Assembly (NCBI GenBank): GCA_963733095.1
Contig: CAVTBV010000013.1
Coordinates: 439,705 to 503,704, forward strand
Length of the DNA stretch: 64,000 bases
Source of the DNA: Candidatus Bathyarchaeota archaeon
GTDB taxonomy: Archaea; Thermoproteota; Bathyarchaeia; Bathyarchaeales; Bathycorpusculaceae
Direction of reading: 5' to 3'
The translations under genes were made by a program, and so were the position numbers. The notes under the pieces are model-generated. The model made no database searches. It worked only from the letters and a program-made list of their open reading frames with translations, and was not told where the DNA came from. Shown in pieces: positions 40,999 to 52,531 of this stretch (position 1 is the first letter of the stretch; each line of letters opens with the position of its first letter).

Positions 40999-41297
40999 TA
41001 TTTTTCTGCTTCACCAACTATTTCCGCAGTTGTCTTTATGCCGTTCTCATTACCCGAGCCTGTGCCCACCCAAAGCAGATAAACTGGTTTTTCGTTTCTT
41101 AGAATATCAATAACATTCTGAAAATCATCCAGATGATAGTATATTGATGTTTGAGTATCCTGAGGCAAAGCTGTACCGTTTGCCTTGAAGACTAATTGAG
41201 TGCCAATATATTTGCCTCCAGCCTTTAGCCAAATGCGCGGTGGAAACTGGTTTGCGGAGTACATAACTTCATATTCATCTATTTTCGTTAAAACCAA
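40998..41297 (-). CDS. Hypothetical protein
   Basis: GAGGTGA SD; VIDILRNEKPVYL...E.VGE. Confidence 0.75.
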   Translation of the reverse strand: MVLTKIDEYEVMYSANQFPPRIWLKAGGKYIGTQLVFKANGTALPQDTQTSIYYHLDDFQNVIDILRNEKPVYLLWVGTGSGNENGIKTTAEIVGEAEK

Positions 41298-41463
41298 GAA
41301 ATCACCTCATATTTAGAGGATGTCATAAAACTAATAAATTTTATCTTAAAATAGTTAGACTTAAATAATGAGCGCGTTGTGAACCGCTAAATCGAAGCTA
41401 ATAGTTGAATATCCACATTCATGACTTGCACAAAACAAATAAGAAACTGAAGAACAAACCATC

Positions 41464-41661
41464 ATGAGAAGACCCTTTTTGAATATGAAAAAAAGGTTTT
41501 TGTTGACTGTAATCTTAACAGCTTTTGTTGTTTATGTGAAAACGTTGAGCATTCGCGCGTACTCAGGCAACGGACGTTTTGAAATCTTAGCTGAAGTAAT
41601 AATATTATTAGTGTTATTGTTTCTGGCGGACATGATATTATTGGCAGGGCGCAAAAATTAG
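41464..41661 (+). CDS. Small 2-TM protein
   Basis: Hydrophobicity pattern. Confidence 0.5.
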   Translation: MRRPFLNMKKRFLLTVILTAFVVYVKTLSIRAYSGNGRFEILAEVIILLVLLFLADMILLAGRKN

Positions 41662-41777
41662 GTTAAGGTAAAGAAATGGTAAAGAATAATGCTCGTACAT
41701 GATTTAGTTAGCTGACTTATGGACTGTGGATTCATAAAGCATAAGCCTCAAAAAAACGAAGTGCATCAGGACCACTA

Positions 41778-42017
41778 GTGAGGGCTGTTTCAAACTTTAA
41801 CCGAAGAATCCATTTCGTCTTTCATGGGTTAGGCTTAAGCTGTGTAGGCGGCGCAATATTCCTCCAAATATTAGCGTTCTCAAGCATACTCTATCAAGGT
41901 TATTTTAAGGCCGTGGAGAAAAATCCTGCAATACTCTCTGCTGAAATAGCGCTCACAGCTTTTGCCCTAATCTACTTTATCTACATCTATCAACGAATGA
42001 TCAGGTCAACCAAATAA
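41778..42017 (+). CDS. Small 2-TM protein
   Basis: Hydrophobicity pattern. Confidence 0.6.
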   Translation: MRAVSNFNRRIHFVFHGLGLSCVGGAIFLQILAFSSILYQGYFKAVEKNPAILSAEIALTAFALIYFIYIYQRMIRSTK

Positions 42018-42140
42018 ATACAAATGAACAACTTTCTATTGAAGTCTATTTGGCGTGTCGATAAGAGTATTCTTTTTGTGACTACTGTTATTTTCCTTTC
42101 TAGCAAATATGCTGCAAGCAAAAAGAATGAGCGGTTAGCA

Positions 42141-43982
42141 TTACTCCTCAATGAGCCTTTTTCGTTTACGAAGAATGGGAAGTCCAAGCAAGATTCCGAT
42201 TGTGGCTACTGCGATAACTGCTACTGCCACGCCCACGTACATGAGGGGTATTCCAGATTCAGTTTCCGCGGTTTGCGTTGGGGTTGGTGTGGGCGTAACG
42301 ATCGGATTTGAAGTAGGAGTTGAGGTTGTTTGAGTCTGAGAAGGAGCTTGGGTGGAGGTTGGAGTTGATGTCAGAGTTGGGATTGGTGTTGGGGTTAGCG
42401 TTTGTGTTGTGCTGGCTGTCGAGGTAGGTTCAGCTGTTGGGGAAGGCGTTGGCTTTGGGGTCTCAGTCGGCGTTGATGTTGGTGTTGGAGTTGGCGTTGG
42501 ATTTGTTGTTGGTGTAGAGGTGGGTGTTGGGTTTGAAGTTGGAGAGGGGGTTGGACTGGGGGTAGGAGTCGGGGTTGGAGTCGATGTAGGAGTTGAAGTG
42601 GGTGTTGGGGACGAAGATGGAGTAGGCGATGGAGATGGTTTTGGGGTTGGTGTTGGAGTTGGCGAAGGAATTGATGTAGGTGTTGGACTTGGAGTGGAAG
42701 TAGGAGTTGGAGAAGTACCAAAAGCATAAACGTTTCCATCTGTGGAACCTATGTAGACAATGCCGTTGGAAATGGCAGGAGAAGAATCAATAGTGCCGTT
42801 CGTTGTGTAATTCCAGAGTTTTGCTCCGGTATAAGCATCCAAAGCGCAAATGCTGCCGTTTATGGTTTGTGGCGTTGCATTAAACCCATATCCTATGTAG
42901 ACTACGCCGCCTACGATTGCAGGAGATGACCAACGAATCTGGGAAGTAGGTTCAGTAGTGTATTTCCATAGTTGATAGCCGGTATTAGAGTTTAATGCAT
43001 AAACGTTGCCGTCATTGGCGCCTACATATACTATGCCATTTGCAACAGCAGGCGAAGATTCGATCACGCCGCCTACTATGGGTAACTTGTAGTTCCAAAG
43101 TTTTATTCCAGTAGCAGCATTTAGAGAATAAACTTGGCCGTCCATAGAACAAATGTATACGACGCCGCCAACGACTGCAGGAGACGAGTGAATATAGCTG
43201 CTGGTGGTATAGTTCCATATCTTGTTGCCGTTTGCGGCGTTCAAAGCATAAACACCACCATAAGTGTGTGCTCCTGATCCATCGGTGAATGTTGCTGCTC
43301 CTATGTAGACTACGCCGTTGACAACCGCAGGAGACGAATAAACCATGGTTTCCGGATAGGGATTAGTACCTGAACTTATGGGTCCCGCTGGAGAAACCCA
43401 CAGTTTGATTCCAGTTGCCGCATTTAAAGCATAAACATACCCATCTGTACAACCTATGTAAACAATGCCGTTGGCAACAGCAGGAGATGAATAGAGGGGG
43501 CCGCCGGTTGTGTAATTCCAGAGTTGGTTACCGTTTGCAGCGTTCAAAGCATAAACGTTCCGATCCATGGATCCTATGTAAACGACGCCGCCAACCACTG
43601 CAGGAGAAGATCTGCCAACTGGTCCAATTGTGTAATTCCAAAGCTGTTCTCCGTTTGCAGCGTTCAAAGCACAAACACTCCCAAAATATATAATATTATA
43701 TCTACTAATGCCCTTCAAGTAATCCGCTCCTATGTAAATCACACCGTTGACTATCGCAGGAGATGAATACACTTGGCCATTACCATCGGAGAAAGAGGGA
43801 TATTTCCAAAGTAGTGTGGATTTAAGTACTGGATTGCCAGTGCCGACACCGTCACGGGACAAGTCGGAGTGGAACATTATCCAGTCAGAGCTCGCAAATG
43901 GAACAAAAACTAAGCTAAAAACAAAAATTACACAAAAAACCTCAGTCACCACAAATAACTTGTTCAAGTGTAGAACCTTCAC
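42141..43982 (-). CDS. BamB/PQQ-repeat beta-propeller with Pro/Thr-rich stalk and TM anchor
   Basis: Repeated SSPAV..GVVYIGS.DG.VYALNA..G..LW; PT tract 42280-42715. Confidence 0.93.
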   Translation of the reverse strand: MKVLHLNKLFVVTEVFCVIFVFSLVFVPFASSDWIMFHSDLSRDGVGTGNPVLKSTLLWKYPSFSDGNGQVYSSPAIVNGVIYIGADYLKGISRYNIIYFGSVCALNAANGEQLWNYTIGPVGRSSPAVVGGVVYIGSMDRNVYALNAANGNQLWNYTTGGPLYSSPAVANGIVYIGCTDGYVYALNAATGIKLWVSPAGPISSGTNPYPETMVYSSPAVVNGVVYIGAATFTDGSGAHTYGGVYALNAANGNKIWNYTTSSYIHSSPAVVGGVVYICSMDGQVYSLNAATGIKLWNYKLPIVGGVIESSPAVANGIVYVGANDGNVYALNSNTGYQLWKYTTEPTSQIRWSSPAIVGGVVYIGYGFNATPQTINGSICALDAYTGAKLWNYTTNGTIDSSPAISNGIVYIGSTDGNVYAFGTSPTPTSTPSPTPTSIPSPTPTPTPKPSPSPTPSSSPTPTSTPTSTPTPTPTPSPTPSPTSNPTPTSTPTTNPTPTPTPTSTPTETPKPTPSPTAEPTSTASTTQTLTPTPIPTLTSTPTSTQAPSQTQTTSTPTSNPIVTPTPTPTQTAETESGIPLMYVGVAVAVIAVATIGILLGLPILRKRKRLIEE

Positions 43983-44375
43983 TATTTCTATCCTTTTGTT
44001 CTAAGAACTATTAAAGCTCTTGTTTTTAGGGTATCTAATAATACTCAGACTTTAAAAATGAAGTTCAAGAAGTTTGGAGAGTAAGAAATCTCAAAAATTC
44101 TGAAAGATCCGAGAGTCAAATAATTATGATCTGTGAATTCCTTCTTTAATTAGACTAAGTACAAAAAAATATTCGTTTTTTCCAATCATAAACTATTGTG
44201 CAATTTTTTTTTGAACATTGTTAAAGAGATTTATCGTTTTTGCGAGAGTAATATTCTCATCATTTTCATAAGCCTAGATATTTCTAAACAATTTGAAGAA
44301 AAGATACAAACTCAAGAACTCATAAGCTTACTTAAGACAATAAAGAAAAAGAGAGCATGTTCTATTATTATGTTA

Positions 44376-44774
44376 TTATTTTTCTGGTCTTTCAAGCAGT
44401 TCTATATAGCCAAAAACAGGCAGTTCCAAATCTTCTCGTCTATATCCTTTGAACGCAACGTGTTTTTCCCATCTGTCAGGGTCTACCAGAACAGTTCTGT
44501 GGTCAACGTAGATTAGTTTTTCAAAGGGAACGATTTTTTCAGAAACTTCTTTGTCGGGTAATTCTTCGCCAAGTTTGCATCTTTCCATTGCCCAACGTTT
44601 AGCTTCTTCTTCAGTCAATTTGAAACCGCTAATAGTATCAATTCCTATTTCCTCATTCAGTATCCAATCTTCTACGTGACCTTTGAGTTGATGCACATGC
44701 CCTGTTTTGGAATATTCTTCAAGGTCGATGTCCCTATTGTCATCTATGACTAATAACAGATAGATTTTGTTCAT
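44376..44774 (-). CDS. Hypothetical protein
   Basis: 132-aa ORF with ATG. Confidence 0.65.
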   Translation of the reverse strand: MNKIYLLLVIDDNRDIDLEEYSKTGHVHQLKGHVEDWILNEEIGIDTISGFKLTEEEAKRWAMERCKLGEELPDKEVSEKIVPFEKLIYVDHRTVLVDPDRWEKHVAFKGYRREDLELPVFGYIELLERPEK

Positions 44775-44940
44775 AATTTCAGCCTAATTGATATTCTACT
44801 CAATGCAGAATTAAGACTTTTTGTTTCGAACTGATTAGGTTTATACCCTTAAACTGCAATAAGTCCTAAGTTTAAGCCATTTGGTGTTTCACATATTCAA
44901 GCTTTTAAGCAAGCGGTTGCTAAGATAATAGGGGAAATGT

Positions 44941-45240
44941 GTGGATAAAAAACCTATTACCGTTGCCGAAGCAGGAAGGTTGGGCGGAAGAAAAACCGCG
45001 TCAACCCATGGGCGCGAGTTCTACGAAGGGATAGGGCGTAAAGGCGGCAAAACAGTTTCTAAAAATCATGGATCAGAGTTCTTCAGCGAAATCGGCAGTA
45101 AAGGTGGCGCCAAGCGGGCCAAGCAGCATGAAGGCTCCAAAGAAGCCCAAGGCAAAGTCAGCTTAGAAGAAGCAGGTCAACGTGGAGGGCAAAAAGTTAA
45201 ACGCTTAGTAGAATTAGGCAAAAAGCGCGAGAAAGAGTAA
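44941..45240 (+). CDS. KGG-repeat general stress protein
   Basis: Four E.G.KGG-type repeats. Confidence 0.9.
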   Translation: MDKKPITVAEAGRLGGRKTASTHGREFYEGIGRKGGKTVSKNHGSEFFSEIGSKGGAKRAKQHEGSKEAQGKVSLEEAGQRGGQKVKRLVELGKKREKE

Positions 45241-45271
45241 CTTTGTTCAAAGAAAAAAAGGGAGTTAGATT

Positions 45272-47698
45272 TTAAGGTCGTTTTCTAAGGATTAGAATCG
45301 TTATTGCAAAGCATGCGATGATTACGAGCACTATGCCTATCACAGCTGGTAAGAAGTACTGATCCACCGTTGATTGATTTGGAACGGCTGTTGGTGTCGG
45401 AGTTTGCGATGTTGGGTCAACAGCGAAAGCTGCGACTGCTTGTGATGGCCAATAGGAATTGCTGCCAGCAAACGAAGCATAGACAGTGTATGTTCCATCG
45501 ATGTCAGGGGTCCAATTTAAGCTGTAGAACCCGTCAGCGTTAGTGTTTACAGTGCCTATGTCTCTGTAATTGCCATTGGAGTCAAGAACGCTTAACGTTA
45601 CGACGACACCGGTTGTGTTCATTGGCTTTTCTTTTTGCATGTAGACATATTCCATGAATGCACTTTGGCTCTCTTCAGAAACACATGGAACACCCTTTGG
45701 ATACAATGCTACTGCTCGGTCGTCTTTGGCGCTTGGGGAAACATCATTTACAGTACCCGTTATCAGCACGCTAGATCCTTTGAGGGTAACTTCAGGTGAT
45801 GCTGCAATTGTAGTTGCGCTTTGGCCTTTACCGAATGCGTATTGGCGACCGTCATAGAAGTTGGTGGCTACCAGCAACCCGTCTGCTATGAGTCCTTGCA
45901 TGTTGAAGCCCGGTGACCAGAAACTTATGTTCCATATTGTTTCTCCCGTGTAAGCATCAAGACACCACATTCTCTTTCCTTGATAATACGGTGATTGTTC
46001 ACTGTGCTCGTCGTTGCCAGCATAGACTTTTCCGCCCGCAACTGCAATCGAGGAGAAGAATGGTTGATAGCCATAAGGCGTTTCATATCCAACTGAATTA
46101 TACCCGCCTTTCCAGACTACTTGACCTGTTATTGCATTGAATGCCCATACATATCCTGTGTAGGTTGGATAGTAGACCATGCCGTAAGCTGCTGCTTTAG
46201 AATAGCTCCAGAAGCTTCCCCATGGATATGTAGTAACAGTGGAATCGTACAGAATGTTTCCGTTTGATATGTCGATAGCCATCAGTGGTCTTAATCCTTG
46301 CTGATTGGGGTCGCCGTAATATTTCGGATAGACGTAAATTCCGTCTTCAGTGAGAACTCCTGCGCTTGAGAACTGTGCTTCGTTGGTAGTGTAGTTTTTC
46401 ATCCAGAGTATTTGACCTGTTTCGATGTCAAAGGCTCCGGAAGGGGCAACAGTTGAAAATGCTACGCCAAAGTAGAAGCCTTTACCGTCGCTAATTCCAG
46501 TGATACCGTTAAGCGGATAGGTGACGTTGTATACGATTCTGCTTGTGAAGTTGTTGCTGTTGCCTTGTGGGGTCCATTTAATTAAGTATCTTTGACCAGC
46601 TATTGTCTGTGTGCTGTAGACGTATGTTCGCACACCCCAGTCGCCTGCGTCGTAGGGTGTTGGGTCATAAGTTCCTGACATGCCGGGTACCTCAACTATT
46701 AATTCTCCAGTGTATGCGTCCCATTTGCGAAGTGTTGAGCCGAGTTGCATTAAGTATGCGTTGTAGGAATCGACTGGTGGACCTTGGGCGCGAACTAGAT
46801 AGTTTTCAGAGATTGCAATGGATAGGGTTATGTCTTTTTTAACCCATAATTCTTCTCCAGTACGTAAGTTTACACAGTGTACTCCGTCGGGTGCGCTGTA
46901 GTAACCCATTCCGGCGATAGCGAGTTGCATGTACTGATAAACGCGTGTTCCTGATGGGTCGCCGCTGTATACGCTGTCTGCGTAGACGTCGCCGACTATG
47001 CCGCCTTTGCCAGTGGTTTTAACCCACAGGATGTGTGAAGATTCTGGTCCTCCGCCGTATGGCTGATAGTATGCGCTATTAGGGCTGTTGCTGCTCATTA
47101 CCCAGTCACCCATAAGTGATGCCCATTCTCGGTTTTCGATTGATACTGGGCGTTGCCAATATTCTGTCGGGAGCGGAGTTGGTTGATATCCAGGGATAGG
47201 TTCTTGCTGTACGACGAGTTCTGTTGCTGGACTTTCAGCAGGAGCAAAAACGTAGGTGTCCACTGTTTTGCTTGAATATGCAGATGTTATTACGGTGCTT
47301 TGGTATGGTGTTCCTGGGGGAACTGTTTCTCCAGGATAAATGACTTTCAATTGATATGTCCCAACTGTCTTGGGTGTCCACTCGGTCCACATCGATGTGT
47401 CTGCTTGTATGCTAGTAAACGGTCCGAGAGTTTCTTTGGTTCCGTCAGGATGTGTGATTTCAACTGTGTAGCCATGTGCCAGAATGCCTGGTTGTGGCAT
47501 GGGCGGTGTTATCCAAAAGTTAATCAATAAGGTTTGGTTGACGCCTATAGGGTTTGGTCGAATAGAGAGATAGGCGAAGGTTTGATAGTTGTAAGTTGTT
47601 GCACCCTTAACGGGGATTGGCAAAATTATCAGTGTAGCAGTTATGCTTAATATTAGAAACAAAGTGATTGCTGTTTGTATTGTTTTATTTTTTTTCAT
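45272..47698 (-). CDS. PQQ-type beta-propeller surface protein
   Basis: Same architecture as 36224; ends VDQYF + TM + RKRP. Confidence 0.93.
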   Translation of the reverse strand: MKKNKTIQTAITLFLILSITATLIILPIPVKGATTYNYQTFAYLSIRPNPIGVNQTLLINFWITPPMPQPGILAHGYTVEITHPDGTKETLGPFTSIQADTSMWTEWTPKTVGTYQLKVIYPGETVPPGTPYQSTVITSAYSSKTVDTYVFAPAESPATELVVQQEPIPGYQPTPLPTEYWQRPVSIENREWASLMGDWVMSSNSPNSAYYQPYGGGPESSHILWVKTTGKGGIVGDVYADSVYSGDPSGTRVYQYMQLAIAGMGYYSAPDGVHCVNLRTGEELWVKKDITLSIAISENYLVRAQGPPVDSYNAYLMQLGSTLRKWDAYTGELIVEVPGMSGTYDPTPYDAGDWGVRTYVYSTQTIAGQRYLIKWTPQGNSNNFTSRIVYNVTYPLNGITGISDGKGFYFGVAFSTVAPSGAFDIETGQILWMKNYTTNEAQFSSAGVLTEDGIYVYPKYYGDPNQQGLRPLMAIDISNGNILYDSTVTTYPWGSFWSYSKAAAYGMVYYPTYTGYVWAFNAITGQVVWKGGYNSVGYETPYGYQPFFSSIAVAGGKVYAGNDEHSEQSPYYQGKRMWCLDAYTGETIWNISFWSPGFNMQGLIADGLLVATNFYDGRQYAFGKGQSATTIAASPEVTLKGSSVLITGTVNDVSPSAKDDRAVALYPKGVPCVSEESQSAFMEYVYMQKEKPMNTTGVVVTLSVLDSNGNYRDIGTVNTNADGFYSLNWTPDIDGTYTVYASFAGSNSYWPSQAVAAFAVDPTSQTPTPTAVPNQSTVDQYFLPAVIGIVLVIIACFAITILILRKRP

Positions 47699-47896
47699 TT
47701 TTCCTTTTTCTCCATTTAATTTTATTGGACAAAAAACAAAAGTTATTTAATTTAATATTGTCCAATAAAGTCAATATTGTTTGAGATTAAATATATGACT
47801 AATTGGCAGGTGGGCACTGGCGACAAAAGCAATTCTTAATTTCTCTAAAAAAGGGACTGCAAAAACAACTCTCAAGCCTCAAAACCCTATGTTGAA

Positions 47897-48055
47897 ATGA
47901 AAAACATAAAGTTGACACCACTCTCAGAAAAAGCCCTCGACGCAGTAGCCAAACAATTTAACGTACCAGAAAACTGCTTTGTCTGCCTATCGCTCGAAAA
48001 CTTCAGCAAGCTGCCATTGAACAACCAACTTGAATGGATTAAAGAAAGAGCCTAA
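47897..48055 (+). CDS. 52-aa ribbon-helix-helix-like protein
   Basis: MKNIKLTPLSEKALDAVAKQFNVPENCFVCLSLENF; below ORF-track cutoff. Confidence 0.5.
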   Translation: MKNIKLTPLSEKALDAVAKQFNVPENCFVCLSLENFSKLPLNNQLEWIKERA

Positions 48056-48239
48056 AACAACACCCATATTTCTTTTTTTTTATCATTTTTTGGTACAGAA
48101 AAAACGTAGGAAAAAAAACGAATACCTCACTGGCATCGCTCCTACAAAAGAAAAATACTAAATGGTCGGGCTAATCATGAGCGAGAAAAATGTTTACAGC
48201 GTGTTAAAGTTGCTTGCCTCATTATGTAGGAATTTGACA

Positions 48240-48440
48240 TTATCGAACATACCCTTTCCAGCTTTGGCGGTCATGGATTTGTTTTTGAAGTTTCTTATGT
48301 TCCTTAAAAGCGCCTAAATCCTTGTAGAGCTGTTCATTTAGAAGGGCACTGTTGGCTAATTCTAATTCAATCCTTAAAACTTTAGCAGTTACAAGTTTCT
48401 TTTTACTGACTTTTGACTTCATTTTCTCTTTTCCTGCCAT
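48240..48440 (-). CDS. Small basic hypothetical protein
   Basis: 66-aa ORF. Confidence 0.5.
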   Translation of the reverse strand: MAGKEKMKSKVSKKKLVTAKVLRIELELANSALLNEQLYKDLGAFKEHKKLQKQIHDRQSWKGYVR

Positions 48441-48561
48441 GTTGCCATGTTACCGCTTGAATCGTTTAAGATTAAATTCCCATAGCAGTCGTCAATCTAA
48501 ACAATTGTCTATTTGTTTTCCTTCGGTTGATCTGCTTTTTCTAAACATACGCTTTCTTTGA

Positions 48562-48696
48562 CCGCATGAAGCCTTAGACGGCAAAACTCCAAGCGAAGCA
48601 TGTGGAACAACAATTGAAGGCAAAAACAAGTGGATAACCCTAATACGGAATGCTTCTCAGAAAATTGACTTCATGGACACTAAATTAGAAAAATAG
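48562..48696 (+). pseudogene. C-terminal relic of an archaeal IS6-like DDE transposase
   Basis: PHEALDGKTPSEACG..IEGKNKWITLIRNA. Confidence 0.75.
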
Positions 48697-48706
48697 AAGA
48701 AAAGAA

Positions 48707-48991
48707 TTATCTATCGAACAAACTCGGCGCAGACCCACCCCCCATTTTCGGGGGTAGAGGTTTTTTAGCGATTTTGAACTTGATTTTACTGATTTCCTCT
48801 TTACTGTAGTCACCTTTTGCATCCAAAACAAATAGCTTCAAACCCCCGCCAACCTCTTTTTTGTTTACAATTGCTAACTCAAACTCTATCGCACCATCAA
48901 GCATCAGCCCGTCTGTTATCCCATTTTGAATGTTAGTGCATACAGAACGAACATACTCTTCTAGTTCCTTTCCCAGTTCCATTTTATTCAC
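48707..48991 (-). CDS. Trypco2-like (trypsin co-occurring) protein
   Basis: EL.EYV, IEFELAI...GGGLKLFV...SKIKF. Confidence 0.65.
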   Translation of the reverse strand: MNKMELGKELEEYVRSVCTNIQNGITDGLMLDGAIEFELAIVNKKEVGGGLKLFVLDAKGDYSKEEISKIKFKIAKKPLPPKMGGGSAPSLFDR

Positions 48992-49545
48992 CGTTAACTG
49001 TTGTCTACTGATAGCACTCTTAAGCTTTGGTTAATTCTTAGAACTCAGATAGCCAGCCCCGTTAAGGGGTACGGTTCGCCCCATCCATTGCAAGTAACAC
49101 TCAGTCGATAAACTGTCAAAGCACCCCTTAACCGAAAGTTTACATGGAAAAGAAATAACCGAAGACTTTACAGAACCGTTTGGATGGTTTCTGATATACT
49201 TGATAATCCGTTTTTGATATGGTATTGTCCTTGTATTCTTGTCTAGAGCGCAGGCAAAATGCGGCTCATTAAGCTTAATAAAAGCTGTAGAACAATAAAT
49301 CGACTCATTTGTATATTATTTGTACTTGATTACTTTTGAAAGTAGTTCCTGCAGAATCTTTAACGGTGATTGTATAGGTGACTGTTTGACCCTTTTGCTC
49401 AATAGGACTCTGTTTTTGCGGTAGAGGCTGAAACGTGAAAAGATAGCATACCCTGAATGCCTATCGCTAACTTGTAGCAGTCAAAACACAGTCACATTTC
49501 AATAAATATTACTATAACTCTGTAATAAAATAAGGAGAAAACATT

Positions 49546-51549
49546 TTGAATATAAATCTATTAATAAAAAGAAAGAATGTTTTAACTGCCGCTTTGCTTG
49601 TCGCAATAATGGCGCTTAGTTCTTTTGCCATGTTCACACCGGTTTCCGCTGACGACCCCATCCTACTAGATCCAGACACAATACCCAAATTTGTAAACCA
49701 GCTAACAGGACCACCACCAGTCTATACTCCTAAAAATATCCCTAATCCTGAAGGAACAGGGGTAGCTCAGTATTACGAAGTCACTATGGATGAATCAACT
49801 CAACAAGTACTGCCAACCGTTGACGAAAACGGGGATCCCACTGGCTTTGGAACAACAAGTGTCTGGGGCTATGGCGGTCAAGCGCATGATGCTATAACTG
49901 GAAAACCATTAGGCTATGTTCTCAACTCGCCAGGTCCATCTTTTGAAGCAACTAGAGGAATACCGTCAATTGTAAAATGGATAAACAAAATAAATACACA
50001 GTATATGTTCCCTATCGATCCAACACTACACTGGGCAGACCCGACTAACCCAGTTCTCGGAACAATGCGAATGTGGGATTCATTCCCAGCAACGTACCCC
50101 GGCATCTTCTACAACACCATGAGTGGTGCAATGTTAAACGCTCAAACACCAGTTCCATTAGTTCCGCACCTTCATGGCGGAGAAGTTTCATCACTATATG
50201 ATGGAGGTCCAACTGCTTGGTGGACTAATAGCGGAATACAAGGCCAAACCTACAATAGTTTATACGACACAGCCTCTAATGCGGCGGTCTATTACTATCC
50301 TAACGAACAACCAGCCACCACACTGTGGTATCATGACCACGCACTAGGCCTAACCAGAATAAATGTCATTTCAGGTCTAGCCGGATACTATCTACTAAGA
50401 GACAACGCAGACGCGCTAGGTCACAAACTAGACGCTTCAACATTCGAAATGCCTATTGCAATTCAAGACCGAACTTTCCTATCAGACGGCTCATTCTACT
50501 TCCCAGCAGATGAAGCAACTAACCCAGACGTACATCCATATTGGTCACCTGAATTCTTCGGCGACACAATCATGGTAAATGGCTTAGTTTGGCCAAACAT
50601 GAACGTCGACCAAGGCATATACCGCTTCAGACTTCTCGACGGCTCAAACGCCAGATTCTACACACTCAGCTTTGTGGTCAACCCTGATGAAGATCTCGAC
50701 GGAGAATCCTTAGACTTTACTCAGATAGGAACAGACGGTGGATACATGCAATCACCAGTGACCATGAGTTCGCTAACAATAGCGCCCGGTGAACGCGCAG
50801 ACATACTTGTTGACTTCTCAGGACTAGCAGCAGGAACCAAAGTCTTAGTACGAAACATTGCTAACGCGCCATTCCCAGACGGAGATCCCGTTGATGCTAA
50901 CACAGCACAAATAATGCAATTCACCGTTTCAGGAAAAGTTGTTCATAAATCGATAAAACTACCACAACTCCTCAACAAAGACCTTAAAGGTGATTGGCCA
51001 ACACTACCTGAGCCAACAAACACAAGAACCATGACCCTATGGGAAGTCCAGGGTCCAGGCGGACCATTAGAAGTGCTTGTTAACGGTCAGAAATGGGCTG
51101 CACCTATCTCAGAGGATCCGCAGAAAGGCACAACCGAAGAGTGGGTAATAGTCAATTTGACTGGTGACACACACCCGATACATTTGCATTTGACACAATT
51201 CCAACTTGTTGGACGCTACACACTTACAGATCCAGATACATACGCAGCAGATTGGATAGCCGCGAATGACAATATTGAACCGCCATACATGACCACACCA
51301 AATGAGCTACCAATAGATGGCTACTATGATCCTAACTCATTTGTTAGACCTGCTCCGAACGAACATGCCTGGAAAGACACAATACAGATGAATCCTGGCG
51401 AAATAACCATAATACGAGTACGATTTGCACCCATCGACGGAACTGCTAACTACCCATTTGATCCAACAGAAGGCCCAGGTTACGTTTGGCACTGCCACAT
51501 CATCGACCACGAAGATAACGAGATGATGCGACCATACATAGTAACATAA
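49546..51549 (+). CDS. Secreted multicopper oxidase (CotA/bilirubin oxidase type)
   Basis: HLHG, WYHDH, HPIHLH, WHCHIIDHEDNEMM; signal peptide. Confidence 0.96.
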   Translation: MNINLLIKRKNVLTAALLVAIMALSSFAMFTPVSADDPILLDPDTIPKFVNQLTGPPPVYTPKNIPNPEGTGVAQYYEVTMDESTQQVLPTVDENGDPTGFGTTSVWGYGGQAHDAITGKPLGYVLNSPGPSFEATRGIPSIVKWINKINTQYMFPIDPTLHWADPTNPVLGTMRMWDSFPATYPGIFYNTMSGAMLNAQTPVPLVPHLHGGEVSSLYDGGPTAWWTNSGIQGQTYNSLYDTASNAAVYYYPNEQPATTLWYHDHALGLTRINVISGLAGYYLLRDNADALGHKLDASTFEMPIAIQDRTFLSDGSFYFPADEATNPDVHPYWSPEFFGDTIMVNGLVWPNMNVDQGIYRFRLLDGSNARFYTLSFVVNPDEDLDGESLDFTQIGTDGGYMQSPVTMSSLTIAPGERADILVDFSGLAAGTKVLVRNIANAPFPDGDPVDANTAQIMQFTVSGKVVHKSIKLPQLLNKDLKGDWPTLPEPTNTRTMTLWEVQGPGGPLEVLVNGQKWAAPISEDPQKGTTEEWVIVNLTGDTHPIHLHLTQFQLVGRYTLTDPDTYAADWIAANDNIEPPYMTTPNELPIDGYYDPNSFVRPAPNEHAWKDTIQMNPGEITIIRVRFAPIDGTANYPFDPTEGPGYVWHCHIIDHEDNEMMRPYIVT

Positions 51550-51961
51550 TAGAAAATCGTTAATACTATCGCCACTAACTTCTTTTTTTCTTTTTTTAGA
51601 TTTTTGCGGAAATCTCGAATCTGCAACTACGAAAGCTTTGAAGAGAACCTTAAGCTTGTTTTTTTAAGTAAACCAAGTTCTTCGAATCAAAAATTTTTTA
51701 GAGGTAGAAAAGAAATAGCGCCGAAAAAATCTAAAGTAAATAGCTTAACACATAAAACTGACTTCAAACATAGACCCAAAGAGGTCCAAAAGAAAAATCA
51801 AAGTCCCAACAAGAGAATTGAGACATTTTTGCCCATTTCAAATGAAAAGACACCAAGAACTAATTGATCATAGTAATAGTTGATGTGTCCTTTTCCCTGA
51901 ATTTACCGTTAGGAAGTTATCCATAACTAAAAGGGTGGATTAAAAATTAATTTAAAAAAAT

Positions 51962-52174
51962 CTATGGCTTTGAAACAGTCAAGTAGTTGTGGGTCATTTT
52001 GCATGACAGTGCTCTTTTTCTTACAAATTGTGCAATTGCGAAACGGTCATAATCGCCTCTAATCTGTAATTGATATCCTTCTGGTTCATTGTGTTCAATA
52101 AGAACTAATTGGGGATTGACAAGATTGTTAGATCCTAATTCATTTAATAAAACTGTTGCCTCTTCCTTTTTCAT
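51962..52174 (-). CDS. Small hypothetical protein
   Basis: GGTGG SD + ATG; resembles 3780 ORF. Confidence 0.65.
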   Translation of the reverse strand: MKKEEATVLLNELGSNNLVNPQLVLIEHNEPEGYQLQIRGDYDRFAIAQFVRKRALSCKMTHNYLTVSKP

Positions 52175-52531
52175 GTGCTTTCCACCACGTTGACTATGCG
52201 CCGTATAAGATTAAGATTATGCGGTTGAATCAAAAAAACTAACGAATTGATTCAGACAAATGGAAGTAGATAATTATTTGATAAGATGCAAGAAAGCTTA
52301 TTGGCCTTGGTTGGTTGGATTGAATATGGGTTAACACTTAAGGTTTTGCATTATTATCCCAAAATATGGTGTATATTTTAATTTTGTACGATGTTTTGGC
52401 GTATATTGCAAAGTTATTTAAGCAAGAAGTAGACATAAGAGGAATTTGGCAAGAAGCTAATTTTCATATTTTTTAGTCTAAATTAAAGGAAAGGAACTTC
52501 TTGACCTAAATTAAAGGAGAAGAAAAACAAA

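Noticed and set aside
42280-42729. Periodic repeat tract and VGVG antisense ORFs
   Set aside because: Codon repeats of the Pro/Thr stalk of 42141-43982; not an array.
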